64,000 nucleotides of DNA, from positions 1-64,000 of the forward strand of contig JAQBHB010000040.1 in the NCBI GenBank assembly GCA_032128115.1, given 5' to 3'. The stretch is from Deltaproteobacteria bacterium. GTDB lineage: Bacteria > Myxococcota_A > UBA9160 > SMWR01. Both the position numbers and the translations under genes were made by a program. A model generated the notes under the pieces. That model made no database searches. It saw only the letters and a program-made list of their open reading frames with translations, and was not told where the DNA came from. Below are positions 1 to 11,786 of this stretch, one piece after another; the first letter of the stretch is position 1; every line of letters starts with the position of its first letter.

Positions 1-980
1 GCCATGTACTGGAGCGGCATGGGCAGCGTGCCGGGGCAGTCCTCGCGTTCCCAGGCCTGGGTCCACGCGGTCTTGAGCAGGCGCGCGGGCTTGCCCGAGA
101 GCGAGCGCGAACGCACGGCGTCCCTGGATCCCGCGGCCAGCAGCTTCTCCAACACGGCGCCGGTCATCTCGCTCTCCTCCACGGTGAGCCAGATCGAGCC
201 GGTCCAGATCCCCTGGGCGCCCAGTGCCAGGGCTGCCACCGCCTGGCGCCCACTTCCGATGCCGCCCGCGCCGAGCACCGGGTTCGGCGCCACGGCATCC
301 ACGATGTCGGGGATCAGCACCATGGAGCCGATCTCGCCCGTGTGACCGCCAGCCTCGGTGCCCTGGGCAATGATGATGTCGACCCCCTGCCGCTTCTGGC
401 GGAGGGCGTGCTCCACCGCGCCGGTGAGGGCGGCCACCTTGATGCCGTGGCGGTGGGCCCGTTCGATCACGTCCACCGGCGGCGGGCCCAGGGCGTTCAC
501 CAGGAGCTTGACCGGATGTTGCAGCGAGATCTCGAGCTGGTTGCGCGCCCCCCCGTCGGTCCAGCCAAGCAGACCCGAGCTGCTCGAGCCGCCGATGCCC
601 TCGGCGGCCTGGAAGTCTGCGGGCAGGGGCGGCACCTCGTACTCGACGAGCAGCTTTTCGATCCACTCGGTGACCTCGCCGGGAATCAGCTTCTCGAAGG
701 CGCCGGCGTCTACCTTGCCGGTCTTGTCGTCGGCCCTGCCCAGGCCGGATTCCTTGCCCTCGTAACTCATGGGCATCACGATATCGACGCCGTAGGGCTT
801 CCCATCCACGTGGTCGTCGATCCACTGGAGCTCGATCTCGAGCTGCTCGGGGGAGAACGCCAGCGCGCCCAGGACGCCCATGCCTCCCGCATTGGTTACG
901 GCGGCCACCACGTCGCGGCAGTGGCTGAAGGCGAAGATGGGGACGTCGATTTCGAATTCGTCGCAGAGCGGTGTGCGCAT
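1..980 (-). CDS. Nitronate monooxygenase / 2-nitropropane dioxygenase family flavoprotein (runs off the left edge)
   Basis: Not in the ORF track. Hand translation of the minus strand from ATG 980 gives MRTPLCDEFEIDVPIFAFSHCRDVVAAVTNAGGMG, and later AQGTEAGGHTG and LGAGGIGSGRQ. GGAG RBS upstream. Confidence 0.85.
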   Translation of the reverse strand, partial: MRTPLCDEFEIDVPIFAFSHCRDVVAAVTNAGGMGVLGALAFSPEQLEIELQWIDDHVDGKPYGVDIVMPMSYEGKESGLGRADDKTGKVDAGAFEKLIPGEVTEWIEKLLVEYEVPPLPADFQAAEGIGGSSSSGLLGWTDGGARNQLEISLQHPVKLLVNALGPPPVDVIERAHRHGIKVAALTGAVEHALRQKRQGVDIIIAQGTEAGGHTGEIGSMVLIPDIVDAVAPNPVLGAGGIGSGRQAVAALALGAQGIWTGSIWLTVEESEMTGAVLEKLLAAGSRDAVRSRSLSGKPARLLKTAWTQAWEREDCPGTLPMPLQYM

Positions 981-1087
981 GGGGGTCTCCTGCGTGGGGC
1001 GTTGGGAACCCAGCCTGAGGCGGATCTGCCACCGGGTCAAGTCGATCCAGGAGCGGCCGCGCCCGCGCCCGGCGGAGACGGAATCGG

Positions 1088-2832
<1,745 letters not shown>

Positions 2833-2836
<4 letters not shown>

Positions 2837-3945
2837 CTGCGGGTCTCTAGATCGCGACGTCGGTCGGACGCGGGCATGCCAAGCAGCAGGCCGATCAGCG
2901 CCGCCAGCACCAGGGCGGGAGTCCGGAACTGCAGCGGTGCGAACGCAAACAGGCCGTAGCCCGTCGCGGCGGCCAGAACGGTCGCGATCCCGCGGCGCAG
3001 CAGCCAGGATCGGGTGCGCCGCTCGCGCGGAGGATCGAGGAAGTCGCTGTCCACCTCGAGCTCGGCGCCTTCGTCGATGGGGTCGAACTCGAGTTCGGGG
3101 AATGAATCCCGGGCGCTCGATCGGCGGACCGGCGGATCGATCCAGCCGAGCTTCGCCACCGCCGCCTCGATCACGTCTGCGGTGATCACCTCGCGCTCCA
3201 TGCGGAAGGCGATCCGGAGAGCGGCGTCACAGATGCGGTTGACGGCGCCGGGAGTCCGGCCGGCGTAGTGGGCTACGTAGGCGATGGCGTTGGTCGAGAA
3301 CAGGTCGGGCGAGCCGCAACCGGCCAGGCGCAGCCGGTGTTCGATGAAGGGGGCGATCTCTTCCGGTGTCAGGTCTCCGAGCCGCACCGGCGGGGCCAGA
3401 CGCTCCCGCAACTGTTGGAATTCGGGCTTCTCGAGGCGCTCCGCGAGGTCGGCGGTTCCGCAAAGGATCAGCTGGAGCAGGTAGCGGTCGCTGGCCGGAT
3501 CCCGGGGCGAAAGCTTCTCGATCTCGCACAGGGTGGTGGTGTCCAGCGCCTGGGCTTCGTCGAGCAAAACCACGGCGGCCTCCCCCTCCTTGTGGAGTTC
3601 GAGCAACCGCGTGTTGAGGGCCTGGGTGTCCGGCGGACCGGACCCGCTCACCCGGGGAAGACCCAGTCCATCCGTCACCAGCGAACGCAGATCTTCGAAG
3701 GGCAGGTAGGACTGATCCGTGTAGAGGTAGTGGTAGGTCTGCTCGAAAGCGCGCGCCATGTGCTTGAGGAGCAGCGTCTTGCCGGAGCCGGGATCTCCGG
3801 TGAAGACCAGGATCCCGCGGCGCGTCGTCAGCGACCGTCGCAGGGCGGCGATGGCGGCAACGCTCGCCTGGGTGTCGAAGAAGAAACGGGGATCGGCCAG
3901 ATCCGGGAACGGATCGGAGCGGAGCCCGAAGTAGGCGAGGTTCAT
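2833..3945 (-). CDS. ExeA/GspA-family AAA ATPase with C-terminal hydrophobic helices
   Basis: N-terminal YFGLRSDPF...DPRFFF, Walker A GDPGSGKT, Walker B VVLLDEAQ, YAGRTPGAVNRICD. Stop overlaps the amt start (GTGA). Confidence 0.85.
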
Positions 3946-4028
3946 TCTGCCGCCACCTTACGAACTAGAACTGCGTTTGTCAGCAAGCTTCTGAGGTGCC
4001 CCCGGGGGCGGCATGAACCCGGGCCGTT

Positions 4029-5003
4029 CTAGGCGATCGGGTTCTGGAAGCCCAGTAGACGGTTGCTGAGTCGGATCATCCACGGATTCAGGAACAGGAA
4101 GCGGAGCGGCCACACCGGCGAGTGGCAGTCCTTCGGATCGAGGCTGCCGTCGAGCAGGTCCGTCACCGCGTCGGCCGCGAACCCTCCCAGCCGGTCCAGG
4201 ATCTGCTCCCCGATCTCGGCCGACGCCCCCGCCGGCGCACCCGAATAGGTGCACTCGCCAAAGAACCTGAAGCTCGCGCGGTAGCGATCGAGCATCTGCA
4301 GCAGGCGCCGCGGATCGGCGCGGCGAAGCGGTGGGCGTGACTCTCCGCGCGCGCCCAGCCAGGTGTCGATCGTCTGTCGCGGCAGCCTCTTGAAGTCCGG
4401 ATCGATCCAGTCGCCGTGCAGGGCCAGCAGCTGGGAGGTCTCGATCAGGCCGCCGTGGGTGTCGCCGACCAGGTCGGCCTTGTCGATCCCGGGGATGCCG
4501 GCCAGCACGTCGTCCAGGTTGGAGGTGCCCTGGGTGAGGCGGGCGATCAGCAGCGAGAAGAGCGACGCCATCTTCAGCCCGTAGCGGCGGTTCGCCTTCT
4601 CGCAGGCCTTTTCGATGGCCAGGAAGTGGCGCGGCCCGCCGTGAAAGTTCGAGACCATGACGTGCCGGAAACCCTGGGCCGCCAGCGTCCGGCCCAGATC
4701 GGTGAGCACCGTGATCGTGGTGGACGCCTGGAAGTACAGCGATCCCGGCTGGGGCACCGTATCGGTGGCGGCGTAGATCATGGGAAGCTTCAGGAAGACC
4801 CGGTCCCAGTGGCGATCGGGCAGGAAGCGAAGCATGCGCTCGGCCAGGCCCTCGGCCTCCAGGACATCGGCGCCCAGGGGCAGATGCGGACCGTGCACCT
4901 CCATGGGCGAGCACGTGACCAGCACCACCGCCCGCGAACGGTCGATGGCGTCGAAGTCGACCTTGGTGAGGCTCTCCCAGCGGATCGCAGCCGGCGCATC
5001 CAT
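4029..5003 (-). CDS. Creatininase / creatinine amidohydrolase family protein
   Basis: Metal-ligand motifs EVHGPHLPLGAD, NFHGG and DTHGGLIETS. Start placed at MDAPAAIRWE. Confidence 0.85.
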   Translation of the reverse strand: MDAPAAIRWESLTKVDFDAIDRSRAVVLVTCSPMEVHGPHLPLGADVLEAEGLAERMLRFLPDRHWDRVFLKLPMIYAATDTVPQPGSLYFQASTTITVLTDLGRTLAAQGFRHVMVSNFHGGPRHFLAIEKACEKANRRYGLKMASLFSLLIARLTQGTSNLDDVLAGIPGIDKADLVGDTHGGLIETSQLLALHGDWIDPDFKRLPRQTIDTWLGARGESRPPLRRADPRRLLQMLDRYRASFRFFGECTYSGAPAGASAEIGEQILDRLGGFAADAVTDLLDGSLDPKDCHSPVWPLRFLFLNPWMIRLSNRLLGFQNPIA

Positions 5004-5221
5004 GGCGTAGCTCCCCCCCCGGCTGATGGCGCCGTCCGGATCTTGATACCTGAAAAACGGCCTTTGAATCCAACGTTTTGGGCCGAGTTTGCGGATGCCT
5101 TTGGGGAATCTGCGCCTGAAATGCCACATGGGGCCTTGCACAACCACCTATTTGCAGATCGGTGCGCGGATGGGCGCATCGGGATCGCACGCGAAATCAA
5201 CAGCGGTGCGGAGCGAATGAG

Positions 5222-5884
5222 GTGCAGAGGTTGCTGGGCTCAATTCGGGGGGTGTTTGCAGCGTCCGTCGCGCTGCTGGGACTGACCCTTTCAGGGGCTG
5301 CCGGGGCGCTGACCCTGGCGGATCTGGACGGCGGAGAGACCTTCAATTCGGGAAACGGCAGGCTCAGTTTCGTGTTCGAGATGGGAAGCGTGACGGTCGT
5401 GGGGGATCTGAACTCGGATCTCTCGAAGTACGAAATTGACATCCTGGACACGGGCTTCTCGATCGTGGGGCCCATCGGCGTGAGTGATGGCAACGTGGGC
5501 GATCTGGCCCTGCGCTACACGGTCATGGCCTCGCTGAACCCGATTGCCTCGGCGGCCCTGTTCTTCAACGGGTCGGCTCTGGGCTCGGGATCCTTCGCCG
5601 CGATCTCGGAGGACTTCCTCTCCAACGGGCAGCTGGTGGCCGACATGCTGGTGCTGGCGACCGGCGGAGGCGGATCCCAGAAGACTGATTCGGCCTTCTT
5701 CGGCCCGGATGTCTTCTCGTTGGACGTGGTCAAGGACATCCAGGTCAACACCGTGGACGCGGGCCAGCTGGCCGCGATCTCGGTGGTGGATCAGACCTAC
5801 CTGACCGCGCCCGAGCCGGCAACCCTGGTGCTGCTGGGCATGGGCATTGTCGCCCTGGGGTTCCGCCGCGCGCGAGCTCACTGA
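5222..5884 (+). CDS. PEP-CTERM sorting-domain surface protein
   Basis: N-terminal signal peptide and C-terminal APEPATLVLLGMGIVALGFRRARAH. Start codon uncertain. Confidence 0.85.
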   Translation: MQRLLGSIRGVFAASVALLGLTLSGAAGALTLADLDGGETFNSGNGRLSFVFEMGSVTVVGDLNSDLSKYEIDILDTGFSIVGPIGVSDGNVGDLALRYTVMASLNPIASAALFFNGSALGSGSFAAISEDFLSNGQLVADMLVLATGGGGSQKTDSAFFGPDVFSLDVVKDIQVNTVDAGQLAAISVVDQTYLTAPEPATLVLLGMGIVALGFRRARAH

Positions 5885-6777
5885 ACTGCGCGAGGTTCGA
5901 TCAGCAGGGTGGGGACGCCGCAGGTGCCATCGCGAACCGTGAGTACCCGGGTGCCGGGCTTGCGGCCCTCGCGAACCTCGGACACGTCGAAGCCGGTTTC
6001 CGCCAATCGCGCGCGCGCCTCGTTGGCGTCGCGCACGAGCCACGACAGGCCAAAGAGTCGATCGTGATCCGGGTCGGCGGGCCCGCCCGAGAGGGCCCCC
6101 TCCTTCTCGGCGCCGCCCGCGAGGCGCGCCGCCACTTCCAACGTGACACCGCCCACGCGGAAGAACAGCAGCCTCACGCCCCAGTCCGGGAAGCTCCGAT
6201 CCAGAGCCAGCCGCAGCCCCATCCGGTCGCCGTACAGCGCGCGGGTGGCCTCCGGGTCGGCCGTCTGCAGCACCGCGTGGTCGAGCCCGAACACGGCGGC
6301 ACGCTCGTCTCCCGTGAACCCTGCGGGTGACAGCGAGGCGTCCGGCGACACGTGCTCGATGGCGAACACCACGACACCGCGGGTAGCGCTCACCGCCAGG
6401 GGAACGCGTCGCCACTCGCGATACGCTCCCGACTCCACGTCGCGTCCGAGTCCGGTCTCGATGGGCTCGGGTTCGAGACCCTGCGCCAGCCACGAAGCCC
6501 GACAAGCCTCGGCGTCGCGGGTTCCGAAGGCGAGACCCACCGGGGCCTCGCCGCGCGCGTCCAGGAAACCGCGCAGGGCGTCGCCCACCGGCCCCTCGCC
6601 TTCGGGACACAGCAGCTCCAGATAGGTGTTGTCGAGTCGGAACAGCGCGTTCTCGGTGCCCTGGCCCGGATGCGCACCCCGCCACGACGGGGTGCGGCCC
6701 AACAGGCGCGCGTACTGGCGCGTGGCCGCCGACAGGTCGCGCACGGCCAGGATCACGTGATCGAGGCTCTCGAGCAT
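5878..6777 (-). CDS. VOC/glyoxalase-like protein with two VOC domains
   Basis: SLDHVILAVRDL...YLELL in the first domain, GLDHAVLQT...TLEV in the second. Confidence 0.8.
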   Translation of the reverse strand: MLESLDHVILAVRDLSAATRQYARLLGRTPSWRGAHPGQGTENALFRLDNTYLELLCPEGEGPVGDALRGFLDARGEAPVGLAFGTRDAEACRASWLAQGLEPEPIETGLGRDVESGAYREWRRVPLAVSATRGVVVFAIEHVSPDASLSPAGFTGDERAAVFGLDHAVLQTADPEATRALYGDRMGLRLALDRSFPDWGVRLLFFRVGGVTLEVAARLAGGAEKEGALSGGPADPDHDRLFGLSWLVRDANEARARLAETGFDVSEVREGRKPGTRVLTVRDGTCGVPTLLIEPRAVQ

Positions 6778-6952
6778 GCTCACAGCATGGCACGGCGGGC
6801 GGGTCGTCGCTGGCGGCGCGCTGCCCACGGCTTGGGCAGCGACTGCCCGCGATCGAGCCAACCCGGACCCAGGCGTGGCCCACCGGAGGTACAGATCGAC
6901 TCCTTCGCGTCGCGAAGCCCTCTGGGTCTGCACCGCGACTCCCGGGCGCGCT

Positions 6953-6968
6953 TGGCACACATGTTGCT
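6953..6968 (+). promoter_or_regulatory. Sigma-54 (-24/-12) promoter upstream of amtB
   Basis: TGGCAC-ACATG-TTGCT with exact GG-N10-GC spacing, about 80 bp before the amtB start. Confidence 0.85.
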
Positions 6969-7049
6969 CTCACGGCTGGCATGCGTCGAACCGGGCCCGG
7001 GAATCGAGCCGGGTCTGGGGTGGAACGCCGTTGTGAGGGAGGGCTCATC

Positions 7050-8432
7050 GTGATTCGGATTTCCTACCTGCTGTGGACCGTCGCCGTGCTCGTCATTCCG
7101 GGCGCGGCCCTGGCCGATGACGGCGTCACGCCCGGACAATTCACCGCGAACAACGTCTGGATGATGTTCGCCGCCGGCCTCGTGTTCATCATGCACCTGG
7201 GGTTCGCAACGCTCGAATCCGGACTCACCCGGGCCAAGAACACCACGAACATCCTGTTCAAGAACACGTTCATCATCTCGATCGGGATCCTCACCTACGC
7301 CTTGATGGGCTTCAATCTGATGTATCCGGGCGAGTTCCAGTGGATCCCGGGTTGGCTCGGATTCGGGGGATTTGGTCTCGATCCGGGACCCGACGGCAAT
7401 ACGCCCGCGTACGCCAGTGGCGGATATACATACTGGACCGACTTCCTGTTCCAGGCGATGTTCGCCGCCACGGCCGCCACCATCGTGTCCGGCGCCGTGG
7501 CAGAACGGATCAAGCTGTCTTCGTTCATGATCTTCTCCACCGTGTTCGTGGCGGTGGTCTACACGACGCTGGGGTCGTGGAAGTGGGGCGGGGGCTGGCT
7601 CGACGACGCGGGCTTCCACGATTTCGCGGGCTCGACGCTGGTACACTCGGTGGGGGGCTGGGGAGCCCTGGCCGGCGTGCTCCTGCTGGGGCCGCGTCTG
7701 GGCAAGTATGTGAAGGGCCGCATCCAGCCGATTCCCGGCAGCAGCATGCCGCTGGCGGCGGTCGGAGTGTTCCTGCTCTGGCTTGGCTGGTTCGGGTTCA
7801 ATGGAGGCTCGGTCCTGAGTGCCGACCCGGGGCTCACCTCGCTGGTCCTGGTGACGACGTGCCTGGCCGCCGCAGCGGGTGCCGTGGCTGCGATGTTCAC
7901 GTCCTGGTTCATGTCGTCGAAGCCCGACCTGTCCATGTCGCTGAACGGAATCCTCGCCGGATTGGTGGGGATCACCGCGGGCGCCGACGTGGTGAGCCCC
8001 GCGAGCGCGGTGATGATCGGGGCCGTGGCCGGAGTGATCGTGGTGTTCTCGGTGGTCCTGTTCGATCGCATCGAGATCGATGATCCGGTGGGGGCGATCT
8101 CGGTCCACCTGGTCTGCGGAGTCTGGGGAACGCTCGCCGTGGGCATCTTCTCCACCAACCCGGAGCACGGTTTCCTGACCCAGCTATTGGGCGTAGCCGC
8201 CTACGGCGCCTTTGCCTTTGGCGGGGCGGCGGCCATCTTTGGCCTGCTCAAGGCCACCGTGGGGATCCGGGTCTCGCCAGAGGAGGAAATCGAGGGTCTC
8301 GACATCAGCGAGCACGGCTCGCACGCCTACGACTTCGACATGGGAGGGGCCGTGACCGACCCGCGGCTGCGCGGCGCTGCGCCCGCCGTTGCCGGGTTGC
8401 GCCTGTCGACCCTGGCGACCGAGGAGAAGTAG
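7050..8432 (+). CDS. amtB: Ammonium transporter AmtB
   Basis: FLFQAMFAATAATIVSGAVAER, DFAGSTLVHSVGG, LWLGWFGFNGGS, DDPVGAISVH and EEIEGLDISEHG tail. GTG start after GGAGG. Confidence 0.95.
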   Translation: MIRISYLLWTVAVLVIPGAALADDGVTPGQFTANNVWMMFAAGLVFIMHLGFATLESGLTRAKNTTNILFKNTFIISIGILTYALMGFNLMYPGEFQWIPGWLGFGGFGLDPGPDGNTPAYASGGYTYWTDFLFQAMFAATAATIVSGAVAERIKLSSFMIFSTVFVAVVYTTLGSWKWGGGWLDDAGFHDFAGSTLVHSVGGWGALAGVLLLGPRLGKYVKGRIQPIPGSSMPLAAVGVFLLWLGWFGFNGGSVLSADPGLTSLVLVTTCLAAAAGAVAAMFTSWFMSSKPDLSMSLNGILAGLVGITAGADVVSPASAVMIGAVAGVIVVFSVVLFDRIEIDDPVGAISVHLVCGVWGTLAVGIFSTNPEHGFLTQLLGVAAYGAFAFGGAAAIFGLLKATVGIRVSPEEEIEGLDISEHGSHAYDFDMGGAVTDPRLRGAAPAVAGLRLSTLATEEK

Positions 8433-8442
8433 CCGGGAGGAG

Positions 8443-8730
8443 ATGCAGATGGAGCGCTCGAGCCGAGCGGGTGGAGAGCTGCCGTGGGCCCTGGTGTCGG
8501 AGTTCGAGGGGCTCGAGCGACGAGCCCAGCGACACGCCGGCCACCTCCTCACCCTGCGCGAGTGGCTCGCGCTGGCAGAGGCGTGGCGCATTGCCCAGGG
8601 CCTCCGCCAGACGGGGGGCAACCGGTCGGCCGCGGCGCGGCTGCTGGGGATCGGGCGCCGCACCCTCTACCGCAAGATCGACAAACTCGGCATTCCCCGC
8701 CGAACCCTCGAGGACCGGGACCACGCCTAG
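8443..8730 (+). CDS. Stand-alone Fis-family helix-turn-helix protein (95 aa)
   Basis: LRQTGGNRSAAARLLGIGRRTLYRKIDKLGI. GGAGGAG RBS, start 10 bp after the amtB stop. Confidence 0.8.
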   Translation: MQMERSSRAGGELPWALVSEFEGLERRAQRHAGHLLTLREWLALAEAWRIAQGLRQTGGNRSAAARLLGIGRRTLYRKIDKLGIPRRTLEDRDHA

Positions 8731-10103
8731 AAGACGCGCTGCCCCGAACCGACGCGGTCGTAGTCGCCCAGCTCTTCGCGGGTTCGCTCGGCCTGTTCGA
8801 GCAGGCGCGCCACCACGTCCGGGTGGTCCGCGGCCACGTTCTTCCGCTCGCCCGGGTCCGCCTCCAGGTCGTAGAGCATGGGATGCAGGACCGTCAGGTA
8901 GTCCTCGGCCCTGACGTGGTTGATTTCCACGAGCCCCCCCAGCCAGGGGGGCCTCCCGGGGCGCGGCAGATGCAGCTTCCAGCGCCCCGCGCGCACCGCC
9001 TGCAGGTGGTTCCACAGGTAGTAAGCGGCTTCCCGCTCCGGGTTTCCGGCGTTTCGCCCCAGCCAGACCGCACTCAGGTCTTCTCCGTCGAGCACACGAT
9101 CCCGGGGAACGGCCGCTCCGGCCAGCGAGGCCAGCGTGGGCAGCAGGTCCATGATGGTGGCGAGGCTTTCTTGGGACGAGCCGGCCGGAACCCGGCCTGG
9201 CCCCCAGACCACGAAGGGTACCCGCAAGCCTCCCTCCCAGGTGGAGAGCTTGCCACCCCGGAAGGGACGCGCCGATCCGCCGAGTCGCCCCTTGATCCGC
9301 CAGGGCCCGTTGTCGCTGGTGAAGATCACGTAGCTGCGGTCGGCCACCCCCAGCGCCTTCACCGCATCGACCAGGCGGCCGACATTCCAGTCGAGCTCCT
9401 GCACCGAGTCACCGTAGGGCCCGCGTTTCGAGTGCCCGCTGAAATCGCTGGACGCCGACACGGGAGCGTGGGGCATGTTGTAGGGGAGGTAGACGAAAAA
9501 CGGCTCGCCGGCGTGCTCCGACATGAATCGAATCGCTTCGTCGGTGTAGCGCTGTGTGAGTGTCTCCTGTCGCGCGGGGTTCTCCACCACCTGTCCGTTG
9601 CGAAGCAGCCGCGTCTTCTCGAGAGAATCGTTGCTGGCGGGCGTGCCGAAGTGCTCATCGAAGCCCTGGTGCTCGGGCAACAGTTCGGGCGCGAACTCGT
9701 CGTTGCTGTGGCCGGCCAGGTCCCATTTGCCGAAGCATGCGGTGGCATAGCCCCGGGCCTTCAGGACCTCTGCGATGGTGACCTCGCGATCGTGGAGAGT
9801 CGGATGCACATGCTTCGCACCGCCAGACTCGGCCACGCGCATGGGATGCGACCCGGTCATCAGCGCGGCCCGGGCGGGCCCGCACAGGGGTTGCGCGTAG
9901 AAGCTGGTGAATCGCATTCCCTCCCGGGCGAGCCCGTCGATCCGAGGGGTTTCGATCTCCGCGTTGCCGTAGGCGCCCAGGTCGCCGTAGCCTAGGTCAT
10001 CGGCCAGTACGAGCACGAAGTTCGGCGGGAGTCCGACGGGCACGTCCGCGCGGGAGCAGGAGAGGGCGAGCAACGACGCCCCGAGGATCGCGAGTCGATT
10101 CAT
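8727..10103 (-). CDS. Arylsulfatase (formylglycine type), probable lipoprotein
   Basis: LADDLGYGD, CGPARAALMTG (CxPxR), GKWDL, SDNG. LALSC lipobox. Confidence 0.92.
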   Translation of the reverse strand: MNRLAILGASLLALSCSRADVPVGLPPNFVLVLADDLGYGDLGAYGNAEIETPRIDGLAREGMRFTSFYAQPLCGPARAALMTGSHPMRVAESGGAKHVHPTLHDREVTIAEVLKARGYATACFGKWDLAGHSNDEFAPELLPEHQGFDEHFGTPASNDSLEKTRLLRNGQVVENPARQETLTQRYTDEAIRFMSEHAGEPFFVYLPYNMPHAPVSASSDFSGHSKRGPYGDSVQELDWNVGRLVDAVKALGVADRSYVIFTSDNGPWRIKGRLGGSARPFRGGKLSTWEGGLRVPFVVWGPGRVPAGSSQESLATIMDLLPTLASLAGAAVPRDRVLDGEDLSAVWLGRNAGNPEREAAYYLWNHLQAVRAGRWKLHLPRPGRPPWLGGLVEINHVRAEDYLTVLHPMLYDLEADPGERKNVAADHPDVVARLLEQAERTREELGDYDRVGSGQRVF

Positions 10104-10162
10104 GGGATCCGGACGTCAGGTTAGCAGCCGTTCGGGGGGCGGCTATATTGCGATGCCCTGCG

Positions 10163-11737
10163 ATGTCGCAATTGGTAGAGCTCTCCGCGCGCTGGCGACG
10201 CAACGTGTTGTTGCTGGCGCTTCTCAGCCTCGGCGGCGTAGCTCTCCTGCTCTTCGTATCCGGATTGAGCGAGTTCGCCTGGGTCAATCACGACACCGCC
10301 TTCTTCCTGTACCTGGCACGCAAGTTGGCGGAGGGCTCGAAGCTCTACATAGACTGGCAGACTGTGAACCCGCCGTCCCTGGTGTTTGCATCCGGGTTGT
10401 GCGGCGTCGTGGCGGGATGGCTGGGAGTCTCGGTGATCCCGGTCTACCACGTCTTCGTATTGTTGCTGGCGGTGCCGGGCCTGCTGGTGCTGTACCGCGC
10501 CCTGGCTGACGAAGACATCGCCACCTGGGGATTGGTCGCGTCCGCCTATGTATGCGTCGCTGTCGCCGGAAATGTGGCCGCGCGCGATTTTGGCCAGCGC
10601 GAACATCTCTTCGCCATCCTGTTCCTTCCCTATCTCTTCTGGCGCTTCCGGACACCCGTGCTTTCGCCGGGCGCCGTGTGCCTGCTGGTACTGCTCGGAT
10701 ACTTCGCGCTGATGAAGCCCCAGTTCGTGGCGCTGGTGGTGGTGAGCGAGCTGTTGGCGGCTCCCTGGCGTCGGGACGCCTCCCGGCCGTGGCTTGGATG
10801 GGCAGCGTTCGCCGCCGGCGGGGCATCCGTCGCGGGCCTGTTGTGGCTTCACTCGCCCGATTCGTTCGCAGCATTCGTTACCGAGGTGGTGCCCATGCAT
10901 CTCCGGGGCGACTACGCCTACGAGTCGCGCTTCCTCGGGTGGGTCGGCGGTGCCGAGAACCGCTGGATGCTCAGCGGCTTGGCTCTTCTCGCCGCGAATG
11001 TTGCGTTGTCGATGCGGCGCGATTCCGTGGATCGTCGCACGCTCCGGGCGCTCGCGGTGCTCCCGCTGCTGGCCTACGCCAGCGTGATCCAGCAGTCGCG
11101 CTTCTACAGCTATCACGTGGCTGGCTGCTTTGCGATGCTGGTGGTCTTCAACGCCTACCTGCTGGGACGGTTGACGGCGACGGTGGAACGCCCCGGGGCG
11201 CGGCGCCAGCTTCTGGTATATCCGGGGCTGTGCCTGGCGCTTCTGATCACCGCGACACTGGCCTCGTCGATCGAACAGTTCGCGGGCGAGCGGCGCAGTC
11301 TGGGGCGCATGATGAAGTCGCTCGCGCCGCCGGGGACCCGGGTGATGGTCTTCAGCCCCTCGCTCGACTTCGCCGAGCCGGCGCTGCGCCTCGACCTGGA
11401 CGTGGCCGGTCCGTGGCTCCTCCGCACCGACGTGGCCTCGATCCTCGCGCTAGAAGACGAGGCCGAGCAGCGCCGGGCGCTGGCAGCCACGGTTCGGAGG
11501 CTGGCGGTGCAGATCGACCAGTTCGAGCCCGAGCTGCTCTTCTTCAGCCCTTCACGGCAGTCGTTGTCTGGATCGACTCTGCACATGATCCTCGTGAACG
11601 AATACGGTCTGCTCCCGGCCGTCGACTACGAGCGCATCTCCAGTGACGATCTGCATCGTTGTTGTCAGGATCTCTACACCTGGCGGGTCTACCGGCGTAT
11701 CGATTCGGAGGAACGACCCGCAGAGGGCAGCCTCTGA
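10163..11737 (+). CDS. Multi-pass membrane protein, possibly GT-C-fold glycosyltransferase-like
   Basis: About 12 hydrophobic segments, NHDTAFFLY in the first loop, DFGQREH motif, soluble C-terminal domain. Confidence 0.6.
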   Translation: MSQLVELSARWRRNVLLLALLSLGGVALLLFVSGLSEFAWVNHDTAFFLYLARKLAEGSKLYIDWQTVNPPSLVFASGLCGVVAGWLGVSVIPVYHVFVLLLAVPGLLVLYRALADEDIATWGLVASAYVCVAVAGNVAARDFGQREHLFAILFLPYLFWRFRTPVLSPGAVCLLVLLGYFALMKPQFVALVVVSELLAAPWRRDASRPWLGWAAFAAGGASVAGLLWLHSPDSFAAFVTEVVPMHLRGDYAYESRFLGWVGGAENRWMLSGLALLAANVALSMRRDSVDRRTLRALAVLPLLAYASVIQQSRFYSYHVAGCFAMLVVFNAYLLGRLTATVERPGARRQLLVYPGLCLALLITATLASSIEQFAGERRSLGRMMKSLAPPGTRVMVFSPSLDFAEPALRLDLDVAGPWLLRTDVASILALEDEAEQRRALAATVRRLAVQIDQFEPELLFFSPSRQSLSGSTLHMILVNEYGLLPAVDYERISSDDLHRCCQDLYTWRVYRRIDSEERPAEGSL

Positions 11738-11786
11738 TCCAGAACCCGATTCCCGGAGAAGAATGCTGCCTGGCCGCGGAGACCGG

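Noticed and set aside
3985..4003. Sigma-54 promoter for exeA-amt (GGGCAC-N5-AAGCT on the minus strand)
   Set aside because: Spacing fits, but the -12 element lacks TTGC, which is too weak in high-GC sequence.
4029..5003. Mycofactocin peptidase MftE
   Set aside because: Same family, but no mftA/B/C genes are in the window.
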